Positions 9,239 through 17,098 of a stretch of DNA of 17,922 nt are shown in pieces. The notes beneath the pieces are model-generated. The model saw only the letters and a list, made by a program, of their open reading frames with translations, made no database searches and was not told the origin of the DNA. The position numbers and the translations under genes are program-made. Source of the stretch: a virus; UHGV virus genome UHGV-0157346; one strand, 5' to 3'. Within the stretch, counting starts at the first letter, position 1. Each line of letters starts with the position of its first letter.

Positions 9239-9269
9239 GGCTCTTAAAAATTAAGCCCTGAAGAAGGGC
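9239..9269 (+). promoter_or_regulatory. nutL (boxA and boxB)
   Basis: GCTCTTAAAAATTAAGCCCTGAAGAAGGGC, which is the lambda nutL boxA plus boxB hairpin, upstream of N. Confidence 0.88.
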
Positions 9270-9441
9270 AGCATTCAAAGCAGAAGGCTTTGGGGTGTGG
9301 TGAAGGGTTCATGGATGGGAATATGTCGCACGTAAAGCGGCGAGGCCTGCGGAACTATTGCCGAATTGAAGTCGGCCGAAGCAGGTCGAAATGGGTCTCC
9401 CACCTACCACACCACCAAAGCTAACTGACAGGAGAATCCAG

Positions 9442-9774
9442 ATGGATGCACAAACACGCCGCCGCGAACGTCGCGCAGAGAAACAGGCTCAATGGAAAGC
9501 AGCAAATCCCCTGTTGGTTGGGGTAAGCGCAAAACCAGTTAACCGCCCTACTCTCTCGCTGAATCGCAAACCGAAATCACGAGTAGAAAGCGCACTGAAT
9601 CCGATAGACCTTACGGTGCTGGCTGAATACCACGAACAGATTGAAAGCAACCTGCAACGTATTGAGCGCAAGAATCAGCGCACATGGTACAGCAAGCCAC
9701 GCAGTGAAATGGGTGTGACTTGTGTTGGTCGCCAGAAGCAACGCGGAAAATCAATTCCAGCTTATTACGATTGA
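9442..9774 (+). CDS. N: Antitermination protein N, lambda type
   Basis: MDAQTRRRERRAEKQAQWKAANPLLVGVSAKPVN... with the arginine-rich motif; ribosome-binding site GGAG upstream of ATG 9442; matches lambda N through most of its length. Confidence 0.92.
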   Translation: MDAQTRRRERRAEKQAQWKAANPLLVGVSAKPVNRPTLSLNRKPKSRVESALNPIDLTVLAEYHEQIESNLQRIERKNQRTWYSKPRSEMGVTCVGRQKQRGKSIPAYYD

Positions 9775-9782
9775 GGTGATCC

Positions 9783-9920
9783 ATGCTCAAGAAAGTCAAA
9801 CGCCGACTTTACAAAGAAGGTAGATATTCATGCCATTTGCCAAAATGCGACACAGCAAAATGGAGTGTCGACGATTGGTGTAACTGGATAGATAGATACG
9901 GAACTTGGTGGGATAAATAA
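9783..9920 (+). CDS. Hypothetical 45-aa Cys/His/Trp-rich peptide
   Basis: GAGGTGA ribosome-binding site then ATG 9783; MLKKVKRRLYKEGRYSCHLPKCDTAKWSVDDWCNWIDRYGTWWDK; below the track's size cutoff. Confidence 0.4.
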   Translation: MLKKVKRRLYKEGRYSCHLPKCDTAKWSVDDWCNWIDRYGTWWDK

Positions 9921-9974
9921 CAGGTAACTTAAGCGGATTTATTTTCGCAGCAAACCACTTATTTGAGGTGAGAT

Positions 9975-10424
9975 ATGGAAGAACAAGCAAACAAGATTCT
10001 CGTAGAACTACTGCAAAAAGCCAGTAATGGAATAGACGCGGCTGTTTCATTTAGCCAGGCACAGACTCCTGATGTTGTTCATCAGTTGCTGCTATGGAAT
10101 ATGGTTGACAGTCTGATTAAAACATTAATGGCCATTCTAACAATCCCACTGGTTTTCTGGTTTATGAAGAAGCAGTGCCAAAGAGTTGAGACAGGTAAAA
10201 TCGGTGATGAAGGATATTCATGGGAGAAAGGAAATCCCAAATACAGGCCGACAATGGTTTGGGATAGCAAAGGTGATATTAATCTTCTTATCATGCCATT
10301 GGTTGTAGTTTTGACTCTGTGGGGGATTTTTATTATTGGTGTAGTAACCAATATGACTTGGTTAAAAATTTGGCTGGCCCCAAAGCTTTACCTTATCGAA
10401 TATGCAGCATCATTGGTTAAGTAA
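9975..10424 (+). CDS. Hypothetical membrane protein (149 aa, two predicted transmembrane helices)
   Basis: Hydrophobic segments LIKTLMAILTIPLVFWFM and LLIMPLVVVLTLWGIFIIGVVT; AT-rich; preceded by a 19-bp leader repeated before the next gene; occupies the lambda sieB/ral position. Confidence 0.65.
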   Translation: MEEQANKILVELLQKASNGIDAAVSFSQAQTPDVVHQLLLWNMVDSLIKTLMAILTIPLVFWFMKKQCQRVETGKIGDEGYSWEKGNPKYRPTMVWDSKGDINLLIMPLVVVLTLWGIFIIGVVTNMTWLKIWLAPKLYLIEYAASLVK

Positions 10425-10429
10425 TTTCA

Positions 10430-10456
10430 GGCCGCATAGTCGGCCTTTATTTTTTG
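10430..10456 (+). terminator. Intrinsic terminator after the membrane-protein gene
   Basis: ggccg-catagt-cggcc followed by tttatttttt. Confidence 0.6.
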
Positions 10457-10502
10457 CATAAACAACAGAATAAACACTGCACTGAATTATTTGAGGTGAG
10501 AT

Positions 10503-10973
10503 ATGACAAAATCATGGAGCGTACCTTTTCCTGAATCAGAAACTGAACATGATGGAATGCCTGTTTTCTGGAGATTCCAGGCGACAGTTGAAGAAGATGG
10601 AATCAAAATATTCGCACTTCAATATATAGCTTTTCATCAGACAGAGCATTATGCATGGTTGGTTCCTGCGCATTGGATTGTTAATTTTAAACCAGCACCA
10701 AATCAGTGGTTACAGGAATGGAAACAAAAGAGAAATAGATATGCAATTAAGAAAGTAGCAAAAAATGCAGAAAGATCTTTTGCATTCCCAACGAAGAAAC
10801 TTGCCATTGAGAGTTTATTGCGCCGGAAGAAATACCATTTAATGAGAATTAAACAAGATTTGGCTGTTGTATCAACTCTTGTTGATGGGATGAAGAATAT
10901 TGATACATCAACACCAGATATTGAATATAACTTTGGACACAACCAAGAAACAGAAAACTGGGTATTTTATTAG
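10503..10973 (+). CDS. Hypothetical protein (156 aa), second gene of the AT-rich cassette
   Basis: ORF with the same ttatttgaggtgagatATG leader as the preceding gene; no family recognised. Confidence 0.6.
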   Translation: MTKSWSVPFPESETEHDGMPVFWRFQATVEEDGIKIFALQYIAFHQTEHYAWLVPAHWIVNFKPAPNQWLQEWKQKRNRYAIKKVAKNAERSFAFPTKKLAIESLLRRKKYHLMRIKQDLAVVSTLVDGMKNIDTSTPDIEYNFGHNQETENWVFY

Positions 10974-11077
10974 TACAAATAAGCACTGTGTATTCATTCC
11001 AACGAGTGAATACACGGAGCAATGTCGCTCGTAACTAAACAGGAGCCGACTTGTTCTGATTATTGGAAATCTTCTTT

Positions 11078-11102
11078 GCCCTCCAGTGTGAGGGCCTTTT
11101 TA
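11078..11102 (+). terminator. Intrinsic terminator after the AT-rich cassette
   Basis: gccctc-cagtgt-gagggc followed by cttttta. Confidence 0.65.
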
Positions 11103-11163
11103 TATGCATACCAATAACGCTTCACTCGAGGCGTTTTCGTTATGTATAAATAAGGAGCACACC

Positions 11164-11289
11164 ATGCAATATGCCATTGCAGGGTGGCCTGTTGCTGGCT
11201 GCCCTTCCGAATCTTTACTTGAACGAATCACCCGTAAATTACGTGACGGATGGAAAAGAGTTGAGGTCTTATTATGCGCAATGAAATAG
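11164..11289 (+). CDS. cIII: cIII-like FtsH inhibitor with a divergent, shortened C-terminus
   Basis: AAGGAG ribosome-binding site; MQYAIAGWPVAGCPSESLLERITRKLRDGWKR matches lambda CIII residues 1-32 as recalled, then diverges (VEVLLCAMK) and stops at 41 aa. Confidence 0.8.
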   Translation: MQYAIAGWPVAGCPSESLLERITRKLRDGWKRVEVLLCAMK

Positions 11290-11426
11290 CCATAAATCAT
11301 CAGATGCTTCGTGCTGCACAAAACAAAGCAGTAATAGCCAGATTTATTGGTGATTCCAAAATGTGGTTTGAAGCAAATAAAGCGATGAAATCAGCTATCA
11401 ACCTTCCGTGGTATCGCAGGAAATGA
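11274..11426 (+). CDS. kil: Kil-like host-killing (cell-division inhibitor) peptide
   Basis: 50 aa; the segment IARFIGDSKMWFEANKAMKSAI resembles lambda Kil (IATFIGDEKMFREAVDAYKK) as recalled; overlaps the cIII 3' end as kil does in lambda. Confidence 0.6.
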   Translation: MRNEIAINHQMLRAAQNKAVIARFIGDSKMWFEANKAMKSAINLPWYRRK

Positions 11427-11581
11427 GTTTTACAGATAACTGGTCAGACGAAGAATTCATTCGTCAGATGAAAGATTTAATCGGTAACGAAGGAGATATT
11501 CATGTCACTTGCAACCACAGTGAAGGAGAGCAAGTTACAGAGACGCATGTACACGCAGAAAGCTCTCTGGTATCGCCATAA
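11423..11581 (+). CDS. Hypothetical 52-aa acidic peptide
   Basis: ATG overlaps the kil TGA (ATGA); weak ribosome-binding site; overlaps the next ORF in another frame. Confidence 0.3.
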   Translation: MSFTDNWSDEEFIRQMKDLIGNEGDIHVTCNHSEGEQVTETHVHAESSLVSP

Positions 11582-11672
11582 TGGCGACCGCGAAGGAATG
11601 CGGGTATGCCTTAATTTGTCACGAGTCGAAGTATTAAATCAGCGTTATTTCCTTGGGCCGTGTCCATTCTGA
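11502..11672 (+). CDS. Hypothetical 56-aa protein
   Basis: Strong AAGGAG ribosome-binding site 7 nt upstream of ATG 11502; MSLATTVKESKLQRRMYTQKALWYRHNGDREGMRVCLNLSRVEVLNQRYFLGPCPF. Confidence 0.4.
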   Translation: MSLATTVKESKLQRRMYTQKALWYRHNGDREGMRVCLNLSRVEVLNQRYFLGPCPF

Positions 11673-11682
11673 GAACAATCAT

Positions 11683-12288
11683 ATGAGCAAAGAATTTTAC
11701 GCAAGACTGGCAGCTATTCAGGAGAATCTGAACGCGCCAAAGAATCAGTACAACTCATTCGGCAAATATAAATACAGAAGCTGCGAAGACATTCTTGAAG
11801 GCGTTAAGCCGTTACTGAATGGTCTGTTTTTATCAATCAGCGATGAAGTTGTGTTGATTGGTGATCGGTATTACGTGAAAGCCACGGCAACTATTACTGA
11901 TGGCGAAAACAGTCATACGGCAACCGCTCTTGCACGAGAGGAAGAAAGCAAGAAAGGAATGGATTCTGCACAAGTTACGGGAGCTACAAGCTCTTATGCA
12001 CGCAAGTATTGCCTCAATGGTTTGTTCGGCATTGATGATGCGAAAGATGCAGATACAGACGAACATAAACATCAGCAGAACGCAGCAGCAAAGCAATCAA
12101 AACCATCACCTACATCTGAACAGGTTCTAAAAGCATTCACTGACGCAGCAATGCAGAAAAACACCGTAGAAGAGCTTAAACAGGCGTTCGCCAAAGCGTG
12201 GAAGATGCTCGAAGGCACACCGGAGCAGCACAAAGCGCAGGACGTTTACAACATCAGACGAGACGAATTAGAAGGAGCTGCTGCTTAA
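11683..12288 (+). CDS. erf: Erf-family single-strand annealing recombinase, P22 type
   Basis: MSKEFYARLAAIQENLNAPKNQYNSFGKYKYRSCEDILEGVKPLL... matches P22 Erf as recalled; start at ATG 11683, not the track's upstream TTG extension. Confidence 0.85.
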   Translation: MSKEFYARLAAIQENLNAPKNQYNSFGKYKYRSCEDILEGVKPLLNGLFLSISDEVVLIGDRYYVKATATITDGENSHTATALAREEESKKGMDSAQVTGATSSYARKYCLNGLFGIDDAKDADTDEHKHQQNAAAKQSKPSPTSEQVLKAFTDAAMQKNTVEELKQAFAKAWKMLEGTPEQHKAQDVYNIRRDELEGAAA

Positions 12289-12671
12289 TGGCACATTCGA
12301 TTACTGTAAGACTAAACAAGCCCGCAAGAGAGTTTCAGGCCGGGGAAAATATCGGATTCAACATCCGTGCTGGCGTTCAGTATTACGATCGCCAGACAAA
12401 AAAGAAAGAATGGACAAACTACAGCGCCGTTGTATTTGCCAAGCCGGGAGCGCAAGCGGATTACTACCGTAGTGTTCTTGTTGAAGGTGGAATTGTGGAA
12501 ATTACCGGAGAAAACATCAGGGTTGATGTTTATCAGGGGCAAAATGGTCAATCAATCACTCTTGAATTACTGAATGCAAAGATTGGATTTGCAACTTCAG
12601 GAAACAGCCAACAGCAGCAAAGTAGCAATCATCAAAATCATCCTGAATACGACGATTCAATTCCCTTCTAA
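12288..12671 (+). CDS. SSB-like single-stranded DNA-binding protein with a C-terminal DDSIPF tail
   Basis: 127 aa; ATG overlaps the erf TAA (TAATG); Gly/Gln-rich linker and terminal ...EYDDSIPF resembling the bacterial SSB C-terminal DDDIPF motif. Confidence 0.65.
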   Translation: MAHSITVRLNKPAREFQAGENIGFNIRAGVQYYDRQTKKKEWTNYSAVVFAKPGAQADYYRSVLVEGGIVEITGENIRVDVYQGQNGQSITLELLNAKIGFATSGNSQQQQSSNHQNHPEYDDSIPF

Positions 12672-12694
12672 AGTAGCAAAATAAGGATTCCATT

Positions 12695-12991
12695 ATGCCA
12701 GCGCCTCTGTATGGTGCGGATGACCCGCGCAACTGCTCCGGTAGCTCCAAGGCGGAGGTGCTGGAAAATATCAAAAACAATTTCGACACGTTTATCGATC
12801 TGCCACCAGAAACAAAAGCAGAACGGATGTACCGACGCGATATACAACTCGCGTTAAAAGATGAGAAGGACCGAACAAACGAAACAGCAATGAGACCGTT
12901 GCGAAAAGCGACAATAGACAAATTCCCTGAATATATCGACCCGCGCCTGCGTAATTACCGCTCACGCTATGGCGCTATCAGTAATGACTGA
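12695..12991 (+). CDS. Hypothetical 98-aa protein; position compatible with an accessory recombination or anti-RecBCD function (speculative)
   Basis: ORF with AAGGA ribosome-binding site; function inferred only from position downstream of erf/ssb. Confidence 0.45.
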   Translation: MPAPLYGADDPRNCSGSSKAEVLENIKNNFDTFIDLPPETKAERMYRRDIQLALKDEKDRTNETAMRPLRKATIDKFPEYIDPRLRNYRSRYGAISND

Positions 12992-13001
12992 GGAATTTAC
13001 C

Positions 13002-13166
13002 ATGAGAGGACTTGCATACAATCCCGGCATTCTTCCGGCAGAAATGATTATTCGCCAACGCGTAAAGCCAATGCCATCGAGAGAGGAATTGCTTAAAAGA
13101 AATTCTTTTCCATCAGTGAATCAAAACAAATATCTGAATGCGATGTTGCGGAGTGGGAAAAAATGA
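13002..13166 (+). CDS. Hypothetical 54-aa protein
   Basis: GAGGAA ribosome-binding site 8 nt upstream of ATG 13002; stop overlaps the next start. Confidence 0.35.
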   Translation: MRGLAYNPGILPAEMIIRQRVKPMPSREELLKRNSFPSVNQNKYLNAMLRSGKK

Positions 13167-13744
13167 AACAAATGTCACTAATTGAGATGGATGGATTTCT
13201 GAAAGGTAAATGCATCCCACGAGATTTAAAGGTTAACGAAACAAACGCTGAATATCTTGTCCGTAAGTTCGGCGAACTTGAATCAAAACTGGAAACGGCG
13301 TTGCGGGAGTGTCGTTCTGCTGGAATCACGATTGATAACCTTGAGGCCAAGTGCGCGGCGCTGGCAGCGGAGAGTTCGGGGATGAAGAAGTTCTGCAAAG
13401 ACGCTGCATTCGATGCCGATTACGAAGCAGAGCTAGGTATGGAGCGTGGTGGATTCAGTGATGCACTTAACGATATCGAAACCCCAGCCACCGACGCTTT
13501 CTTGGCTGAAGTGAAGACTGAAGCACGCAAGGAGGGCGCTTACTTTGTGGCGAACAGAATGCTGGCTGCCTGGGAAGCTGGTTTTATTGATGATACTGCG
13601 AAGAACGCCGCGGATATTGCCAGGATGATTCTTACCTCTACTGAGTTTATGGCTAATGCGCCGGAAGGCGATTTTGACCGCTCAGTCTCTGATGGCGTTC
13701 TAGAAGATATCGCCGACCAGCTTCGCAAAGGAGGCAACCAGTGA
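13163..13744 (+). CDS. Hypothetical acidic protein, 193 aa
   Basis: ORF translationally coupled to its neighbours; no family recognised. Confidence 0.5.
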   Translation: MKQMSLIEMDGFLKGKCIPRDLKVNETNAEYLVRKFGELESKLETALRECRSAGITIDNLEAKCAALAAESSGMKKFCKDAAFDADYEAELGMERGGFSDALNDIETPATDAFLAEVKTEARKEGAYFVANRMLAAWEAGFIDDTAKNAADIARMILTSTEFMANAPEGDFDRSVSDGVLEDIADQLRKGGNQ

Positions 13745-14214
13745 GCAAGATTGACTATCAGGCACTGCGTGAGGCGGCGGAGAGAGCAGAATCCGATAGT
13801 TGGGGTTATGATCGCGATGAATTCAATGAGGCTCTAACCCCGTCCACCGTGCTGGCACTGCTGGATGAGCTGGAAGCCGCAGAGAAGCGCAACGCAAAAT
13901 TACAAAGCGAGAATGCATACATCCGCAACCGGTTCAAAGAACTGGACCTATTAATCGGGAAAAACATTCTGGTCATGCAGGCTGCGATTATCGAATGGCA
14001 GGCAACTGGCGACGCTAAGAGCGGACTGGCATGGATTTATAACACACTGTTTTGCCCAGGCGAATTGCCGGACGAATCTGAGAAAGATGCTCAGGCCTAC
14101 TTTGACCGCAAATATGCACCGATTGACGAAGAGCTTATGGCGCTTAACAAGTGGTTTTGGGAACAAAGTGAAGCCGAACGTGCCGCCGCTGGCATTGGCG
14201 TGAAGGGGGAGTGA
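13741..14214 (+). CDS. Ead/Ea22-like prophage protein
   Basis: 157 aa; N-terminal [24 protein letters not shown] is typical of the Ead/Ea22-like family common near int in E. coli prophages (from memory). Confidence 0.6.
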   Translation: MSKIDYQALREAAERAESDSWGYDRDEFNEALTPSTVLALLDELEAAEKRNAKLQSENAYIRNRFKELDLLIGKNILVMQAAIIEWQATGDAKSGLAWIYNTLFCPGELPDESEKDAQAYFDRKYAPIDEELMALNKWFWEQSEAERAAAGIGVKGE

Positions 14215-14215
14215 G

Positions 14216-14488
14216 ATGAAAAAATACCTCAGTAATTTAGCGAGCATGTTGCAGGGTATTGCAGGTGTCATTTCAGACGGCGAGCGGGTGCAGAAAGAGT
14301 GCCCTGCGCACTTAAAGTCAGCACTACTCGAGGCTTCTCACGCGCTAGATGGTCAATCGGTCAGGGTCAATTATCCGCCTAATGGAAAGCCTGAAATTGT
14401 TAATGCCCGCGGACACCATCGACCGCTTACCTTCCGGGAACGAGTGGCAATCCGCTTACTTGGTGGCAGGACGGAGATTCGCCCATGA
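14216..14488 (+). CDS. Hypothetical 90-aa protein
   Basis: ORF directly following the previous stop and overlapping the next start. Confidence 0.45.
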   Translation: MKKYLSNLASMLQGIAGVISDGERVQKECPAHLKSALLEASHALDGQSVRVNYPPNGKPEIVNARGHHRPLTFRERVAIRLLGGRTEIRP

Positions 14489-15390
14489 GCACTATTACCA
14501 GAGAACTGGCAAAGCTGTTCAGAAAAATTACGAATTCTGAAATTGATGCGGAGGGTAACGCTCATGTTGTTTTATCTCCTGCTGATAGCCTCCTGATTAA
14601 TAATGCGCGTATAGCACTGGCATCGCTCGAAGCAGAGCCTGTGGCGTATATGGTTGGCACGCAACTTCTGGAAAACATGACACAGGCGATTGCGTACAAA
14701 GCGGATACAGCCTTGCAAATTAAGCCGCTTTACACCGCCCCGTCAGCGCCGGTAGCTGTGCCTGAGTGTTTCAAGCGCCTTCTCCACCATGCTTACGGCA
14801 TGACAATGGGGCATGACTGGAACAAAGGGACTATGGCTGGACATCACCGCGCCAAGCTGTGTCAGGCTGTTGATGAGTGCCGGGCAGCCATGCTTCAGGG
14901 TGCAGATGGTACCCTCACCAATGAAGGTACCATGCAGTTGTCCGGTAATTCCGAACAAATCGAACCCGTAAGTAATCGTGATGAGTTGCCGTTGGACTAT
15001 CTGCAAGGTCACAAAGACGGCCTTGAATGGGCTGCACAATTGGCAGAAGCCAATCATCCGCAAACAGGTGACTGGTTGTACGACGACCCAATCGATCTTG
15101 CCAGGGCGATTCGCAAAGGTCCGGATATGCCTACTGTTCAGGGTGGCAACTCTCCGGTAATTCCAGATGGTTGGATAAGCTGTAGTGAGCGAATGCCTGA
15201 AAAGGGCCAGAACGTGCTTATTTCGGTGAATTTCGATAGCTCTCTGGTTGAACCGCTAATATGCTCCGCACGCTATACCGGAAGCACCTTTCGGCGCGGA
15301 GATGCAACGATTAAGCCTGGTAATGATATTGAGCAGGCAACTCACTGGATGCCGCTACCGGAACCGCCGCAGGAGGTAAACCGTGGCTAA
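14485..15390 (+). CDS. Hypothetical protein with a DUF551-like C-terminal domain
   Basis: 301 aa; C-terminal region ...DGWISCSERMPEKGQNVLISV...ATHWMPLPEPP resembles the DUF551 domain frequent in lambdoid early regions (from memory). Confidence 0.55.
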   Translation: MSTITRELAKLFRKITNSEIDAEGNAHVVLSPADSLLINNARIALASLEAEPVAYMVGTQLLENMTQAIAYKADTALQIKPLYTAPSAPVAVPECFKRLLHHAYGMTMGHDWNKGTMAGHHRAKLCQAVDECRAAMLQGADGTLTNEGTMQLSGNSEQIEPVSNRDELPLDYLQGHKDGLEWAAQLAEANHPQTGDWLYDDPIDLARAIRKGPDMPTVQGGNSPVIPDGWISCSERMPEKGQNVLISVNFDSSLVEPLICSARYTGSTFRRGDATIKPGNDIEQATHWMPLPEPPQEVNRG

Positions 15391-15490
15391 CCTGCAACTT
15401 GCCGTTAAAGGTGAATAACAATCCTCGAACTCGCGGGGATTTCTTTTATCTGAACTCGCTACGGCGAGTTTTGTTTTATGGAGATGATAA

Positions 15491-15658
15491 ATGCACTTCC
15501 GAGTCACAGGTGAATGGAATGGAGAACCATTCAACAGGGTTATCGAAGCAGAGGACTTCAACGACTGCTATGACCACTGGATGATATGGGCGCAGATAGC
15601 ACATGCAGACGTAACCAATATTCGAATTGAAGAACTGAAAGAACACAAAACCGCCTGA
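15491..15658 (+). CDS. Hypothetical 55-aa protein
   Basis: GGAG ribosome-binding site then ATG 15491; stop codon lies in the loop of the terminator at 15647-15672. Confidence 0.4.
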   Translation: MHFRVTGEWNGEPFNRVIEAEDFNDCYDHWMIWAQIAHADVTNIRIEELKEHKTA

Positions 15659-15672
15659 TGGCGGTTTTTTCT
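15647..15672 (+). terminator. Intrinsic terminator upstream of xis
   Basis: aaaaccgcc-tgat-ggcggtttttt. Confidence 0.6.
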
Positions 15673-15697
15673 TGCGTGTAATTGCGGAGACTTTGCG

Positions 15698-15916
15698 ATG
15701 TACTTGACACTTCAGGAGTGGAACGCACGCCAGCGACGCCCAAGAAGCCTTGAAACAGTTCGTCGATGGGTACGCGAGTGCAGGATATTCCCTCCTCCGG
15801 TTAAGGATGGAAGAGAGTATCTGTTCCACGAATCAGCGGTAAAGGTTGACTTAAATCGACCAGTAACAGGTAGCCTTTTGAAGAGGATCAGAAATGGGAA
15901 GAAGGCGAAGTCATGA
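15698..15916 (+). CDS. xis: Excisionase Xis, lambda type
   Basis: 72 aa, MYLTLQEWNARQRRPRSLETVRRWVRECRIFPPPVKDGREYLFHESAVKVDLNRPVTGSLLKRIRNGKKAKS, matching lambda Xis as recalled. Confidence 0.95.
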   Translation: MYLTLQEWNARQRRPRSLETVRRWVRECRIFPPPVKDGREYLFHESAVKVDLNRPVTGSLLKRIRNGKKAKS

Positions 15917-16964
15917 GCGCCGGGATTTACCCCCTAATCTTTATATAAGAAACAATGGATATTACTGCTACAGGGACCCAAGGACGGGTAAAGAGTTCGG
16001 ATTAGGCAGAGACAGAAGGATAGCAATCACTGAAGCTATACAGGCCAACATTGAGTTATTTTCAGGACACAAACACAAGCCTCTGACAGCGAGAATCAAC
16101 AGTGATAATTCCGTTACGTTACATTCATGGCTTGATCGCTACGAAAAAATCCTCGCCAGCAGAGGAATCAAGCAGAAGACACTCATAAATTACATGAGCA
16201 AAATTAAAGCAATAAGGAGGGGGCTGCCTGATGCTCCACTTGAAGACATCACCACAAAAGAAATTGCGGCAATGCTCAATGGATACATAGACGAGGGCAA
16301 GGCGGCGTCAGCCAAGTTAATCAGATCAACACTGAGCGATGCATTCCGAGAGGCAATAGCTGAAGGCCATATAACAACAAACCCTGTCGCTGCCACTCGC
16401 GCAGCAAAATCAGAGGTAAGGAGATCAAGACTTACGGCTGACGAATACCTGAAAATTTATCAAGCAGCAGAATCATCACCATGTTGGCTCAGACTTGCAA
16501 TGGAACTGGCTGTTGTTACCGGGCAACGAGTTGGTGATTTATGCGAAATGAAGTGGTCTGATATCGTAGATGGATATCTTTATGTCGAGCAAAGCAAAAC
16601 AGGCGTAAAAATTGCCATCCCAACAACATTGCATGTTGATGCTCTCGGGATATCAATGAAGGAAACACTTGATAAATGCAAAGAGATTCTTGGCGGAGAA
16701 ACCATAATTGCATCTACTCGTCGTGAACCGCTTTCATCCGGCACAGTATCAAGGTATTTTATGCGCGCACGAAAAGCATCAGGTCTTTCCTTCGAAGGGG
16801 ATCCGCCTACCTTTCACGAGTTGCGCAGTTTGTCTGCAAGACTCTATGAGAAGCAGATAAGCGATAAGTTTGCTCAACATCTTCTCGGGCATAAGTCGGA
16901 CACCATGGCATCACAGTATCGTGATGACAGAGGCAGGGAGTGGGACAAAATTGAAATCAAATAA
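15894..16964 (+). CDS. int: Tyrosine integrase Int, lambda type
   Basis: 356 aa, MGRRRSHERRDLPPNLYIRNNGYYCYRDPRTGKEFGLGRDRRIAITEAIQAN..., matching lambda Int; overlaps the xis 3' end as in lambda. Confidence 0.95.
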   Translation: MGRRRSHERRDLPPNLYIRNNGYYCYRDPRTGKEFGLGRDRRIAITEAIQANIELFSGHKHKPLTARINSDNSVTLHSWLDRYEKILASRGIKQKTLINYMSKIKAIRRGLPDAPLEDITTKEIAAMLNGYIDEGKAASAKLIRSTLSDAFREAIAEGHITTNPVAATRAAKSEVRRSRLTADEYLKIYQAAESSPCWLRLAMELAVVTGQRVGDLCEMKWSDIVDGYLYVEQSKTGVKIAIPTTLHVDALGISMKETLDKCKEILGGETIIASTRREPLSSGTVSRYFMRARKASGLSFEGDPPTFHELRSLSARLYEKQISDKFAQHLLGHKSDTMASQYRDDRGREWDKIEIK

Positions 16965-17065
16965 TGATTTTATTTTGACTGATAGTGACCTGTTCGTTGC
17001 AACAAATTGATAAGCAATGCTTTTTTATAAGTCCTACTTAGTATAAAAAAGCAGGCTTCAACGGA
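16955..17065. other. attL (P' arm, 15-bp core, B arm) at the lambda attachment site
   Basis: Core ttagtataaaaaagc (17038-17052) is the reverse complement of GCTTTTTTATACTAA; the P' arm at 16965-17037 matches lambda; after the core, aggcttcaacgg matches the E. coli attB arm. Confidence 0.88.
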
Positions 17066-17098
17066 TTCATTTTTCTATTTCATAGCCCGGAGCAACCT

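Noticed and set aside
9796-10050. 84-aa minus-strand ORF between N and the membrane-protein gene
   Set aside because: Antisense to the PL operon and overlaps the small ORF at 9783-9920 and the start of the membrane-protein gene; AT-rich region generates spurious frames.
11104-11289. 61-aa extended cIII starting at 11104
   Set aside because: The upstream part overlaps the terminator at 11078-11102 and has no ribosome-binding site; ATG 11164 has an AAGGAG site and matches the lambda CIII N-terminus.
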